From Limisphaerales bacterium (GTDB lineage: Bacteria; Verrucomicrobiota; Verrucomicrobiia; Limisphaerales; JAYPXF01): a stretch of DNA of 64,000 bases. The position numbers and the translations under genes were made by a program. The notes under the pieces were generated by a model, which saw only the letters and a program-made list of their open reading frames with translations, had not been told where the DNA came from and did not search any database. Numbering within the stretch: the stretch's first letter is position 1; each line of letters opens with the position of its first letter. This document shows positions 1 to 9,708 of the stretch, piece after piece. Location: contig JBLFYM010000009.1 in assembly GCA_047608975.1 (NCBI GenBank), positions 15,826-79,825 of the forward strand, given 5' to 3'.

Positions 1-1326
1 GAAGTCCAAATGATCGTCCTGCAGCTGATAGTTCACACGGTAAACGATCGCGGCGTCCAAGGCGCCCACCCGCATTTGGTTGACCAGAAAATCAGCCGTC
101 GGCACTTCCACCACCACGTTGCTGTGAATCGCCGCATACAACGCGGACGACTGCAACATCCCCTTGGTCATGAACCCCAGCGTGGATTGCTCCGCATTGC
201 ACAAACCGACCCGTAATCCCGGACGGGCCAGATCGGCCAAGGTCTTTATCTTGCCGGGGTTGTCCTTCTGAACGACGATTCCGATCTCGGTCTCGGTCAA
301 CATCACTGACTCTGAAAAGTGCTCAGCAACTGGCGGCACGAAGCAGATATCGCAGGCGTAATAGGCGTCGGGAAACTTCTTCTCATCCTGCATCGCTTCC
401 ATGGAGGCGCAGAGGATTCCACAGCCGTTGAAGACGGTGTTGATGTCCGCCCCTTCCCGATCAGCGAACTCTTTGAGCAACTGCTCGATCGCCGGCCGGT
501 TCACCCCGCCGCTATACAGCAACATCTCGGGCTTCACCGACCAGGTGTCACCCTGAACGTATTCAAACCCAAACTTCTTAAATGACTCCCCTCCCCGCTC
601 CGGCGCGGCGAGGTAGCGGGCAAAACGGAGGGCGGCCGTTGGATTGGCTGAAGCGGTCAGGATCGTCGCGCTCACGGCATCCAACTCTTTGTCGAACTCA
701 GGAATCCTGATCGCTTCGGTTTCCTTGAATTGCGGAACGGTGGAGTTCCAAAGCACAGCCGCATCCACGGCCCCCAGCGTCAGGTCGGCGGCGAGCTCGG
801 TCACCGTGGGTTTCATCGTCACCACCTTGGCTTCGAGTTCCTTCCAGCGATCACCAACGGCCCGACGGGTGGCTTTGCCGATACTGGCGGCTTCCGGATT
901 GGCGACTGCGACCCGCAGATCCGCACGGAATAGATCTTCAATGGATTTGACGCCTTTGGGATTCCCCTTCGCAACTGCGATCACGGGATATTGATTGGCC
1001 AAGGTCAGCACTTCCACCACCGCGCCATGCTCAATCGCAGCTTCCACCGCGCCGTCATCGGCGGCGATAAAGACATCGCCCTGTTTGGCAACCCGCACCT
1101 GTGAAAGCAGGGTTCCGGTCCCGCCGTATTGCAACTGGACCTCGATCCCGAATTCTTCACGGTATCGTTCGGCGGCGGCCGAGACGGGTTTCTTTATCCC
1201 CGCGGCGCAAAACACCAAGAGAGATTGACCGGGACCGGCGGCATTACCGGGGCCGGAGTCTTGTGATGAGCGAAGCGCCAACAGCAAAATCACGATGGCA
1301 CCGACGAGGGCGATAAAATAACGCAT
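1..1326 (-). CDS. Secreted fused double ModA-like (molybdate/tungstate-type) periplasmic binding protein; 3' end lies beyond the left window edge
   Basis: Not in the ORF track because there is no stop in the window. Hand translation of the reverse strand from ATG at 1326 gives MRYFIALVGAIVILLLALRSSQDSGPGNAAGPGQSLLVFCAAGIKKPVSAAAERYREEFGIEVQLQYGGTGTLLSQVRVAKQGDVFIAADD... (signal peptide plus a ModA-like core). A second PBP2-like unit follows: MLLYSGGVNRPAIEQLLKEFADREGADINTVFNGCG...LDAAIVYRVN. The frame stays open to position 1. Confidence 0.7.
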   Translation of the reverse strand, partial: MRYFIALVGAIVILLLALRSSQDSGPGNAAGPGQSLLVFCAAGIKKPVSAAAERYREEFGIEVQLQYGGTGTLLSQVRVAKQGDVFIAADDGAVEAAIEHGAVVEVLTLANQYPVIAVAKGNPKGVKSIEDLFRADLRVAVANPEAASIGKATRRAVGDRWKELEAKVVTMKPTVTELAADLTLGAVDAAVLWNSTVPQFKETEAIRIPEFDKELDAVSATILTASANPTAALRFARYLAAPERGGESFKKFGFEYVQGDTWSVKPEMLLYSGGVNRPAIEQLLKEFADREGADINTVFNGCGILCASMEAMQDEKKFPDAYYACDICFVPPVAEHFSESVMLTETEIGIVVQKDNPGKIKTLADLARPGLRVGLCNAEQSTLGFMTKGMLQSSALYAAIHSNVVVEVPTADFLVNQMRVGALDAAIVYRVNYQLQDDHLDF

Positions 1327-1341
1327 GAGATCAATTAGGTT

Positions 1342-2439
1342 TTAAAGTCGCCCACCGCGGGCAAAGGAAATTCCAAGAAAGCCAAAAACAACAACCATTC
1401 CCACCAGCCAGATTTTGCCCGCTGGGTTTTCTTTTACAGTTTCGGTGCCAGCCCGTCCCGTGGTCTCAGGCGCGGTCGCTTCAATCTTCACCAGTTCCGG
1501 AGCAGCAAAGATCTCCGACTCAGGCTTATCACTCGCTGCCACGGGGCCCGGTTTCGGTTCCGCTACAAAGTTCGTGGCACCGGCCTCGGCCGGCTCTTCC
1601 TGAAGTAATGCGGCTTCCGCGACCATGGCGGATTTCATGAGTCCGGCATCCCAGTCGCAGTCGATCATCAGATCCCAGCCGGGGTTCTGCTGCTTGACCT
1701 GACAGGAACAGGCACCTAGCAGATACATGCAAACCTCATCAATCCCTTCGCTGTCCAAATCCGCGGCCGTCCAGGCACCCAGGGTGCGCCCCCGACCGAA
1801 CACCGGAGCGGCGAACGGGGTATCAGGCAACCACACGTCCGCTTTGCGCGCTCCGGCCAACATGTCGATAAAGGCGGCTTCCTTCGGATCGCTGCGAAGC
1901 ACGCGGATCAGGCTGAATTCCACCTTCAACTCAGGGCCGGGACCCAGCTGACTCTCCGGGTCGAAGGGATCTTGAGGTGGGATTTCGGCGACCGATTTCA
2001 GATAGGTCAGCCGATCATTCAGGCTTTTGGCCAGCGCGTCATCGGCCTTCTTGTTTCCTGAATCCACCATCACCCACACGGCGGATGCGCCCGCGAGGAT
2101 GCGCCTGGCCAGTTCCTGACGGGCGGGTGAATCGAGGAGTATGGTCAGATCCTTGGGCGGCGCGTCACCGGACCAAAGTTCCAAGGGGTTGTGCCCCGGC
2201 AGAAAGAGTTTGTTCTGCCGTTCCTTTTCGTCCTCCGGCACGACCCGCAGATTCAGCGAGCGTTCGTCCAGCAGGTTCAGGAAGTTCGTTCCCGCCGCCG
2301 AGGAGAGCCACGCTTTGGGAACCGTGAGCGCATACGGATCCGGATGCCAACGATCCAAGGCATAGCGAAATACGGGAATCGTACAGGCGGACACTTTCGT
2401 GACTGCGGCGAGGAACAGGATTGTGAAAATACGCTTCAT
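1342..2439 (-). CDS. Hypothetical secreted protein with a C-terminal membrane anchor and a Cys-rich motif
   Basis: Part of ORF 1342..2613. The internal ATG at 2439 gives MKRIFTILFLAAVTKVSA/CTIPVFRYALDRW (signal peptide). It also fits the stop of the upstream gene at 2472. Contains the motif GACSCQVKQQNPGWDLMIDCDWD, an E/P/A-rich linker and a terminal TM helix IWLVGMVVVFGFLGISF. I recognise no family. Confidence 0.6.
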   Translation of the reverse strand: MKRIFTILFLAAVTKVSACTIPVFRYALDRWHPDPYALTVPKAWLSSAAGTNFLNLLDERSLNLRVVPEDEKERQNKLFLPGHNPLELWSGDAPPKDLTILLDSPARQELARRILAGASAVWVMVDSGNKKADDALAKSLNDRLTYLKSVAEIPPQDPFDPESQLGPGPELKVEFSLIRVLRSDPKEAAFIDMLAGARKADVWLPDTPFAAPVFGRGRTLGAWTAADLDSEGIDEVCMYLLGACSCQVKQQNPGWDLMIDCDWDAGLMKSAMVAEAALLQEEPAEAGATNFVAEPKPGPVAASDKPESEIFAAPELVKIEATAPETTGRAGTETVKENPAGKIWLVGMVVVFGFLGISFARGGRL

Positions 2440-2471
2440 ACGACTTGCCCTTCGGTTGCCAATTTCGGCAC

Positions 2472-5400
2472 TCAATTTCCGAATCGCGTTACCTTGCCAT
2501 CCTTGGTCGCAACGAAAAGAGATTTGTTGGCCACGGCCATGCCATCCCAGACTGGCAAGGCCTTCAACGGCAGTTCGACCTTTTGACGACCGTTGCTGAC
2601 GGAGACTGCCCACAGCTTGCCGCCCTGTGCGCCCTGCAGGGCCTGATCCTGCTCACGCAGCAAGCTGTTGATGGATTCGTCCTTCTCCATGATGCGTTCA
2701 AAGGCGTATTCCTCGTCCATCACGTCCGGCGGTCCGGCCACGATCAGAGTATCACCAGCCATCGCCATCGCCTGGGCAAACATCGGAACCGTTCGTGCCC
2801 AATCATGGGCAACATGACTGCCACTCGCTTTGCTCGCCCCGCCTTTGCGAAACCAGAGCGCGCTGCCGACCTTCCCCTTGCCAAAATCCACCCCGGTAAT
2901 TTTTCCGTGGTTCCCCTTCCCGCTCCGATCCTGAGCGTTCTTTTCAAACGAACTCGCCACCGCCGCTTCCGAATCCAACGAACGTGACTTCTCCGGGTCC
3001 CGATGAATGGCTGCGATCTCGACCGCGGACAACGCGCGATGAAAGACCCGCAATTCATCGATCAAACCGGTGAATGTGAAGTTTGCTTTGTAATTCCCGA
3101 CCGAACTGCCGCTGTCAATGCCGACGTCCATTCCCTGCTTGGGTTTTGAAGAGATCAGGCCGGTGGCCTTCCCTTCGGCCACAAGTTCACCGTTCAGGTA
3201 GAGGCGCATTGATTTGTCTTCCCCCAGCACTCCGGCCACATGGCTCCAGCCGCTCTCCAGCGCCGAGTCGGATTTGATGACGACCAGTTCTGAGTCTGCC
3301 CGGACGAGGAAGCTCGGTCGATTGCGGGTAAGGGTGAGTGCGAATCCGTTCAGCGGTCCGCCATGGGCAACCACCACGCCGGCTCCTTTGTCCGGGAACA
3401 CCCACGTTTCCACGGTGATCGCTTTACCCGTCGGGTCGGAACCACTGGCAGCGAACAACGCGCCACCCACTGCCGGGCCACGTCGATTGCCCGGAGCCGG
3501 TGCTTTGGGGATTTCACGCGGAGCAGAGAACAGTTTGTGCTCAATGGTTGTGGTCCATTTCAGATATTGGGCTTCCCGTCCAAAACCGTAAACGTTGGTG
3601 TCATTGAAAACCATCATGCGACCGGCCGGAGCGTATTTGCCGGCCTGGTAGTAGCCGTTGTGTCCACCTGCAAAATTCTTTCCATAGACCCAATACGCAC
3701 GGTGGAAATAGGTATCGTCCAGATAACCCATCGGCGCGAACAGATGGGCACCCTCGCCCTGCTGCGCCGCACCTTGGGCCGCTGCGTTTCCAGAGATGGG
3801 ACCCAACTCAAGACGCTCGCCATCTTCGTCAATCTTCTGCGAGCGCAGGTAAGTGTATTTGCCATCACTGCACAGCACGTCCGGCAATCCAACCTGCATC
3901 TGGAGGGTCTCCAGACGGTTCTGGATGTCTTCACCCGTTTCTGGATCCAGATTGTCCCAGGTCTTCTCCATCAGCTTTTTGCCGGTGCGAACGTCCAACT
4001 TGATCAGTCGGAGACCGGTATCCAAAAACGTCGAGCGCCCCGCAACAAACATTGCCGTCCCATCTTGAACCAGCACTGAGCCATGGACCGGCCAGACTGA
4101 TTCAAGTTGCTCGAACGCCATCACCCTACGATCACGCGGTGCGGCTCGGTAACGCCAGATCAGCTCACCGTCTTCAGCGCGCAGGCAATAGACCCAGCCA
4201 TCCACACAACCGAACACAACCCGCCCCTGCTCGTAGGTCGGGGGGGAATCAATACGTCCACCCGCGGTGAATTTCCATTGCGCCTTGCCGCTCTTGGCGT
4301 TCAGGGCGTGAAGGGTGTGTTGATCAATCTGTGCCACAAACACGTTGCCGCCGGCAATGGTCAGTGCGCTGAGCCGTCCACCCAGAGTGATCTGCCAATC
4401 CTTTTTCAATTCCTCGGGAAGCTTACTCGGACTGTAACCGCTCCGTTTGGAATCGTGACGGAAGGTCGGCCAATCCTCCGGACCCGCCGGGGTTTCCTTA
4501 ACCGATTTTGAAAACGCCGGTCCTTTTTCCAATCGGCTCGCTTCATCAATCTTGGCCGGCAATACCGGAGCAGCGGAAGCGGGAGCCAAGGCGTTGAACC
4601 CGTAGAGCTTGGCTTCGGGGTAGCAGGCACAGTTGTGCGGTGGCGCATAGGTCAGTCCGTTGGCCGGCATGACGCCGTAGAGACAGCCGCCCCGAACCCA
4701 GTGATTGATGTTCCAATCTTCCTTCTTGTGATCGACGAATTCGATCCCTGTGCGTGAGGGCATCAGAAAGTTTTCCGTCGCCTTCGCAAGGTAACAGCGA
4801 TGGTGAAACCAATAGGTGCTCACGTTCGGGGCAAACTGCTGCTTTATCTCGCCGGTCCGCGGATCGCGTCCCGTGTATTCACCCGTGTGCCGACCACTGG
4901 TGGTCGGCGCGGACCAGACCAATCCGGCGACGACCAAAAGATCCTGCGGCGATTGATACCCGGAAGGGTCATGCGTCGATTCCCAAAGCTCCTTACCCGT
5001 GCTCAAATCAAAGCTCTTCATTTTTCCGTCGCCTCCGGCAAAGAGAACAACGTCCTTATAGATCACCACGCGAGGTGCGAAGTTGAACGGAATCAGGCTG
5101 CGCCGACTGGTGCTGCCGCTCTTCCAAAGTTCCTTGCCCGTGTTGCGATCGTTGCAGATCAGTCGATCGCCGTCGTGATGGATGACCACCTCATCATTTG
5201 CAACCAGGGAGAGGGGCGAGATCTTGTCCGACAGATTCCACCGTTCTTTGCCGGTCTTGGTATCGAAGACCCGGATCTCTCGCGGCTTCGCGTTCCAGAC
5301 AAATTCGGTCGCCACGCGTTTCTGATCACCCACATTGTGTGCCGGTGCGTAATCCTTGAGTTCCCAGCCACTCTGGCGGGTGAGAACAATCAGGCTCTCC

Positions 5401-6317
5401 CCCGAATGCACAATCTCCTCCGCGCGCTTACTTTCCTTGAAGGTTTGCAGGGTCTCGCCCGTCGCGGCGTCCAGCTCGAGCACTTCGCCCTCAATATCCA
5501 AGGTCACATAAATGACACCTTCGCCGGCGACCAGGCGTCGCGCCAACTGGGTGGGTCCACTCTTCAAGGGCCAGAGTTGGTGATGCCATTTGCTGATGTC
5601 GCGTTTCCAAAGAATCGTTCCGTTGAACGCGTCGCGCGCAATCAGTTTCCACCGCGAGGGGAGCTGAATCGAAACGCGGGAACCTTCATCCATGATGTAA
5701 AACAACCGGCCGCCTCCGGATACCAATGCGCTCATCGATGCCATGCGATCGTGATGTCGCGACCAACGTGGACTGCCCACCCACTGCATCTGCCGGGGCG
5801 GTCCCACCACCGTATCCTGTGCGACCGCGTTTCCGCTTGGTCCATGAAAATAATGTGTCCAATCATCGATCTCCTCCGGCCTGGCCTTCACAATCTTTTG
5901 CCACTTGCCGTTCTTTCCTTTGACCATCGCCACACCCTCGGGAGCCAAAACCCGCTTCATTTCCTCGACGGAGACGCCAAAGCTTTCCTCGGCGACGATC
6001 AGGTTCACGAAATTATCTATGTAAGGAAGTTCCGCGTTGTCAACTCGATCAACAGATATGGGACCATACTTCCCCTGCCCATGCAGTTCCTTCCGCGCCC
6101 GCGCGATCCGCTCGGGCGAGACGTCGAGCCCATGGACAAGATAGCTGTCGCTCAGTCGGTACCCAGCCAGTTTACCGGCTTGGGCATTGCCCAAATGGAC
6201 AACAAACCCGCCTTTGACACCAGATTGGCTGACCACCGAACGATTCGCCAAAGCAACGGATTGCACCAAGAACGCACTCAGCGTGCACCAAAGGATTTTT
6301 GAAAAACTTTTTAGCAT
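2472..6317 (-). CDS. Giant secreted PQQ-like beta-propeller repeat protein with an N-terminal methyltransferase-like domain and a C-terminal LamG/concanavalin-like domain
   Basis: ORF 2472..6365. The likely start is MLKSFSKILWCTLSAFLVQSVALA at 6317 (signal peptide). Repeated propeller strings of the form G..LW....G occur, for example ATGETLQTF, NTGKELWKS, STGKELWES, KSGKAQWKF and EDGELIWRY. The LamG-like part reads LYLNGELVAEG...FTGLIDELRVFHRALSAVEIAAI. Confidence 0.75.
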   Translation of the reverse strand: MLKSFSKILWCTLSAFLVQSVALANRSVVSQSGVKGGFVVHLGNAQAGKLAGYRLSDSYLVHGLDVSPERIARARKELHGQGKYGPISVDRVDNAELPYIDNFVNLIVAEESFGVSVEEMKRVLAPEGVAMVKGKNGKWQKIVKARPEEIDDWTHYFHGPSGNAVAQDTVVGPPRQMQWVGSPRWSRHHDRMASMSALVSGGGRLFYIMDEGSRVSIQLPSRWKLIARDAFNGTILWKRDISKWHHQLWPLKSGPTQLARRLVAGEGVIYVTLDIEGEVLELDAATGETLQTFKESKRAEEIVHSGESLIVLTRQSGWELKDYAPAHNVGDQKRVATEFVWNAKPREIRVFDTKTGKERWNLSDKISPLSLVANDEVVIHHDGDRLICNDRNTGKELWKSGSTSRRSLIPFNFAPRVVIYKDVVLFAGGDGKMKSFDLSTGKELWESTHDPSGYQSPQDLLVVAGLVWSAPTTSGRHTGEYTGRDPRTGEIKQQFAPNVSTYWFHHRCYLAKATENFLMPSRTGIEFVDHKKEDWNINHWVRGGCLYGVMPANGLTYAPPHNCACYPEAKLYGFNALAPASAAPVLPAKIDEASRLEKGPAFSKSVKETPAGPEDWPTFRHDSKRSGYSPSKLPEELKKDWQITLGGRLSALTIAGGNVFVAQIDQHTLHALNAKSGKAQWKFTAGGRIDSPPTYEQGRVVFGCVDGWVYCLRAEDGELIWRYRAAPRDRRVMAFEQLESVWPVHGSVLVQDGTAMFVAGRSTFLDTGLRLIKLDVRTGKKLMEKTWDNLDPETGEDIQNRLETLQMQVGLPDVLCSDGKYTYLRSQKIDEDGERLELGPISGNAAAQGAAQQGEGAHLFAPMGYLDDTYFHRAYWVYGKNFAGGHNGYYQAGKYAPAGRMMVFNDTNVYGFGREAQYLKWTTTIEHKLFSAPREIPKAPAPGNRRGPAVGGALFAASGSDPTGKAITVETWVFPDKGAGVVVAHGGPLNGFALTLTRNRPSFLVRADSELVVIKSDSALESGWSHVAGVLGEDKSMRLYLNGELVAEGKATGLISSKPKQGMDVGIDSGSSVGNYKANFTFTGLIDELRVFHRALSAVEIAAIHRDPEKSRSLDSEAAVASSFEKNAQDRSGKGNHGKITGVDFGKGKVGSALWFRKGGASKASGSHVAHDWARTVPMFAQAMAMAGDTLIVAGPPDVMDEEYAFERIMEKDESINSLLREQDQALQGAQGGKLWAVSVSNGRQKVELPLKALPVWDGMAVANKSLFVATKDGKVTRFGN

Positions 6318-6445
6318 GGGGTATCGAAATCGGGCGGAAGTAGAACAAGTCCATTCACACCACACAACAACGAAGCAATCCGCATTCGTCCGGCCAATTG
6401 AACTTGCCTGAATACTTCAAGATTCCGATCCTCGGCTGCAACGCC

Positions 6446-7648
6446 ATGACCGAACCTTCCACCCCTCCCCTCAAAGAGAAGAAAAAGGCCAAGCCGTCCA
6501 TTCCGGCAATCACCATACTGCTCTTGATTTTGCTTGGAGTCCTGATCTTTCGTCCTGCGATTGCGGCCGAGGCTGCCCTGCGCGGTTTGCTGGAGGCGGA
6601 CGCCCCAGATCCGCAACTGGTGGAGGAAGCCATCCACCGCTCCAAGAATCCCGCGCGGGTCCTCACCCGCCTCTGGTCCACGGGGAAAATCCCGCATCGA
6701 TGGGAGGTTATCAGCTACATCAACCGCAATTTGCTGGAGCAGCCTGACCTGCTGACGAATGCCGACAAGATCATCGAAGAAGCGCCGATCGATCGGGATA
6801 TCACCGTCCGTTTCATGGGGCTGAACCTGATGCGCCTGCTCAAACATCCAGGCTGGCTCGAGTATTCAAGATATCAACTGGAGGACCCTGATTCGGAGAT
6901 CCGCAGCTTTGCGCTGAAAATGTTCGAACGAGGCAAGGCAACCAATGCACTGCCGGACATCGTGAAACATTTTGACGACACCGATCCCGCTGTGGCTCAA
7001 CAGGCGCGCAATCTGTTTGAGGTCTTCACCGGAGTCGGCCCGGTTCCGGAGAACGCTCATGCAGGGTATCCAACCGATCCTGCTCGCTCTTGGTGGGAGA
7101 CCAATCACCTTCGTTTCCCCATCCTTCCAACGCTCCAACCCAGACGCCTGACTGCCGCACTCGATCTCGGCGAAGTGCCGCTCCTCGACGCCAAGGGGAC
7201 GCCGGTCAAAATCTCTGACTACGCCGGCAAACCTTTAATCCTCGCGCTGTTCTCAAGCTGGTCCTTCAAATCCAAACAGGCATTGCGCGCATTGAATGAG
7301 GTCGAAGAGAATTTCGAAAACAAGGTCTCGATCCGGGCGGTCTCGATCGACGCTGTGCCGGGCGTCAAACATGATCATTCAGCCAAGCCGGATGCAGCGC
7401 CTCCGTCCCTGCTCAATCCGGACGAGTTCACGCAGCTACAGGAAAAGATCGCGTACGTGCTGAAGCAAAACCGCGTAAGCTACGGAGTTCTGTTTGACTA
7501 CGATGGCTCACTTACCTGGAAAGTTGAAGGGAGCGAACTCCCGACCTTTCTCATTATCGGCCAAGACTCTAAGCTCATCCGCCGATTTTCGGGCGAACGA
7601 TCCACAGCCACGTTCACGAATATCATTCACTCAGTACTGACAGACTGA
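6446..7648 (+). CDS. Membrane-anchored HEAT-repeat protein fused to a TlpA/ResA-like thioredoxin fold that lacks both catalytic cysteines
   Basis: ORF 6398..7648 has a TTG start; I prefer the ATG at 6446 (MTEPSTPP...). It has a TM helix IPAITILLLILLGVLIF and HEAT-like segments (DSEIRSFALKMF, DTDPAVAQQARNLF). The C-terminal redoxin fold reads KISDYAGKPLILALFSSWSFKSKQAL, where canonical W-C-x-x-C is W-S-F-K-S. Confidence 0.65.
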   Translation: MTEPSTPPLKEKKKAKPSIPAITILLLILLGVLIFRPAIAAEAALRGLLEADAPDPQLVEEAIHRSKNPARVLTRLWSTGKIPHRWEVISYINRNLLEQPDLLTNADKIIEEAPIDRDITVRFMGLNLMRLLKHPGWLEYSRYQLEDPDSEIRSFALKMFERGKATNALPDIVKHFDDTDPAVAQQARNLFEVFTGVGPVPENAHAGYPTDPARSWWETNHLRFPILPTLQPRRLTAALDLGEVPLLDAKGTPVKISDYAGKPLILALFSSWSFKSKQALRALNEVEENFENKVSIRAVSIDAVPGVKHDHSAKPDAAPPSLLNPDEFTQLQEKIAYVLKQNRVSYGVLFDYDGSLTWKVEGSELPTFLIIGQDSKLIRRFSGERSTATFTNIIHSVLTD

Positions 7649-7660
7649 ACGAATGAAGGG

Positions 7661-7993
7661 TTAGCCAGCGCAGCGGATACACATGACCGCATCGGGCTGA
7701 ACTTCCAACCGATCTTCGGCGATGGGTTTCCGGCACTTGCCGCAGATTCCGAATTTGCCATTCTCGATATTCTTGAGCGCCCGCTCAACCCGCAGCAATC
7801 GCGCCTCCTGCCGGCGTTTCAACTCCAGGGCCATCTGCTGATTCTGCATCGCGTCCATGCGCGACAGTCGTCCGATGGCGGTATCCAATTCCACCACCGC
7901 AGTCTCCTGAGTGTTTGAATTCAGGCCATCCCGAATTTCCTTCGTCAACTCCGTCAGCAATTTTCGAAAATGTTCCAATCGCTCGGAGGTCAC
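7661..7993 (-). CDS. TraR/DksA-family C4 zinc-finger protein
   Basis: 110 aa with a coiled-coil N-terminal half. The C-terminal motif CGKCRKPIAEDRLEVQPDAVMCIRC is CxxC-x17-CxxC. The start overlaps the sulfatase stop by 4 nt. Confidence 0.85.
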   Translation of the reverse strand: MTSERLEHFRKLLTELTKEIRDGLNSNTQETAVVELDTAIGRLSRMDAMQNQQMALELKRRQEARLLRVERALKNIENGKFGICGKCRKPIAEDRLEVQPDAVMCIRCAG

Positions 7994-9573
7994 TTACGAT
8001 TCCCCTTCTTGCGTGGCGGTTCCGCGGCGTGCGACTCCCTGCCCGCCTTCCAGATATCTACGGTGGCCGTGTTCTTCCTTTTGGGGCCAGGCGTCGAACG
8101 GCCTCGGTCAACATAACTCTGAAGCAATTGAGACAACTTTGCGACCACCTGCGGATGTCGGGCTTGGACGTTCTTCGTTTCACCAATGTCCGCATCCAGA
8201 TCAAACAACTGAAGCACCGGCATTTCGCTGAAATCGCTACGTCCGGGACGCGGAGAGCTCCAACCTCCCGAACCCGGGCACAGCGCCAACTTCCACTTGC
8301 CCTGGCGAATCGAAAACGTGCCGTTGATCGAATGATGCACCGTTGCCTCCCGCAATGGGTTCTTATCCCGCCCCAACAATGCCGGGAGAAAACTCACACT
8401 GTCTTCGGCCGCATTCTTCGGAACCCGTTGCTCAATGATGGCAGCAGCGGTCGCGAAGAGGTCGCTCTGACAAATCGTCTGCGAACTGATCGTGCCCGCC
8501 TTCACCTTCCCGGGCCAACGGGCGATGAATGGAACGCGATGTCCACCCTCGAAGATATCCGCCTTGTGCCCGCGATAGACATCACTGGGAAAATGTCCTT
8601 TCGCGGCGAGCTCTGCGAACTTGGCCTGCGGTGAACACCCATTGTCCGTCGTAAAGATCAGCAGCGTGTTGTCGGCCAGTCCAGTCCGATCCAAGGCCTT
8701 CATCACCTGGCCAACAGTCCAGTCAACCTGCATCGTGAAGTCGCCGTATTTGTTCAGCCCGCTCTTGCCCAGAAATTCCTTGGTCGGACTGATCGGTGTA
8801 TGTGGGGCGTTCAACGGGAAGTAGACAAAGAACGGTTTCCCGGCTTTGGATCGCGCCGCGTTGTCACCGATGAACTTCACGGCTTCCTCCGTGATTCGTG
8901 GAAGCACATCCACATCTTCGAAATCCACATCAGCCGGGCCCTTACGAGGAAAACCCTTGGTGACAATCTTCGTCACCAGCGGCTTGTCGTTCCTAATGAA
9001 CACATAGGGCGGCATGTCGAGTGACGCACTGATTCCGAAGAAATAGTCAAAACCCACCGTGGTCGGTCCCTGCTTCACGGGCTTCAGGTAGTCGACCTCG
9101 TAAGCATCGGCGAAATCCTTGACGAAGGTGTCGCCATCGTCTGCATAGCCGCCCCTCTTGAGTGGCCAATTCATTCCCATATGCCACTTGCCGATCGCCG
9201 CGGTCCGATAGCCATTCTTTTGCAGAAAGTTTCCCACGGTAATCCGATCGGGCTCAATCAAACGGCGTGACCACCCCCAGCAGACGCCACTCTGCAACCG
9301 TGATCGCCAGTTGTAGCGCCCGGTCACAATGGCATAGCGCGTGGGAGTACAGACCGACGAACTGGAATGCGCATCGGTGAACGCCATTCCTTCAGAAGCC
9401 AACTGATCCAGATGCGGCGTCTTGATCTTGCACCGCTCACTCAAGACGTCCACATCCCCCACCCCCATGTCGTCCGCGAGAATGAAGATGATGTTAGGAT
9501 TCGCTGCCGAGAGAAATCCGACAATCGGTGTAAGAAACACCAGGGCACAGAGGGAGGCAGTTTTGATCAGCAT
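7990..9573 (-). CDS. Formylglycine-dependent sulfatase (arylsulfatase family)
   Basis: Signal peptide, then PNIIFILADDMGVGD and the sulfatase signature SSSSVCTPTRYAIVTGRY (C-x-P-x-R). GKWHMG follows downstream. Confidence 0.9.
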   Translation of the reverse strand: MLIKTASLCALVFLTPIVGFLSAANPNIIFILADDMGVGDVDVLSERCKIKTPHLDQLASEGMAFTDAHSSSSVCTPTRYAIVTGRYNWRSRLQSGVCWGWSRRLIEPDRITVGNFLQKNGYRTAAIGKWHMGMNWPLKRGGYADDGDTFVKDFADAYEVDYLKPVKQGPTTVGFDYFFGISASLDMPPYVFIRNDKPLVTKIVTKGFPRKGPADVDFEDVDVLPRITEEAVKFIGDNAARSKAGKPFFVYFPLNAPHTPISPTKEFLGKSGLNKYGDFTMQVDWTVGQVMKALDRTGLADNTLLIFTTDNGCSPQAKFAELAAKGHFPSDVYRGHKADIFEGGHRVPFIARWPGKVKAGTISSQTICQSDLFATAAAIIEQRVPKNAAEDSVSFLPALLGRDKNPLREATVHHSINGTFSIRQGKWKLALCPGSGGWSSPRPGRSDFSEMPVLQLFDLDADIGETKNVQARHPQVVAKLSQLLQSYVDRGRSTPGPKRKNTATVDIWKAGRESHAAEPPRKKGNRK

Positions 9574-9708
9574 GATTCCCCATGGTTTAGCCCATTACAG
9601 AAAACGAGCAAGAACTCTGCACGCAGCAATTCCACCCAAGCCATTGTGGGGCAAGTCGCCCTGATTAAGCACTTCCGGAAGCGCGCACTCTGCCTTACCA
9701 TAGGCAGC

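Noticed and set aside
4800-6302. 500-aa plus-strand ORF inside the PQQ-propeller gene region
   Set aside because: It is antisense to a gene with clear domain signatures. Its composition is Arg/Pro/Gly/His-rich and non-protein-like, the typical shadow ORF of a GC-rich coding region.
9367-9708. N-terminal 114 codons of the cytochrome ORF as listed in the track
   Set aside because: This part overlaps the sulfatase 5' end on the opposite strand. The ATG at 9709 is followed by a proper TM/signal segment.
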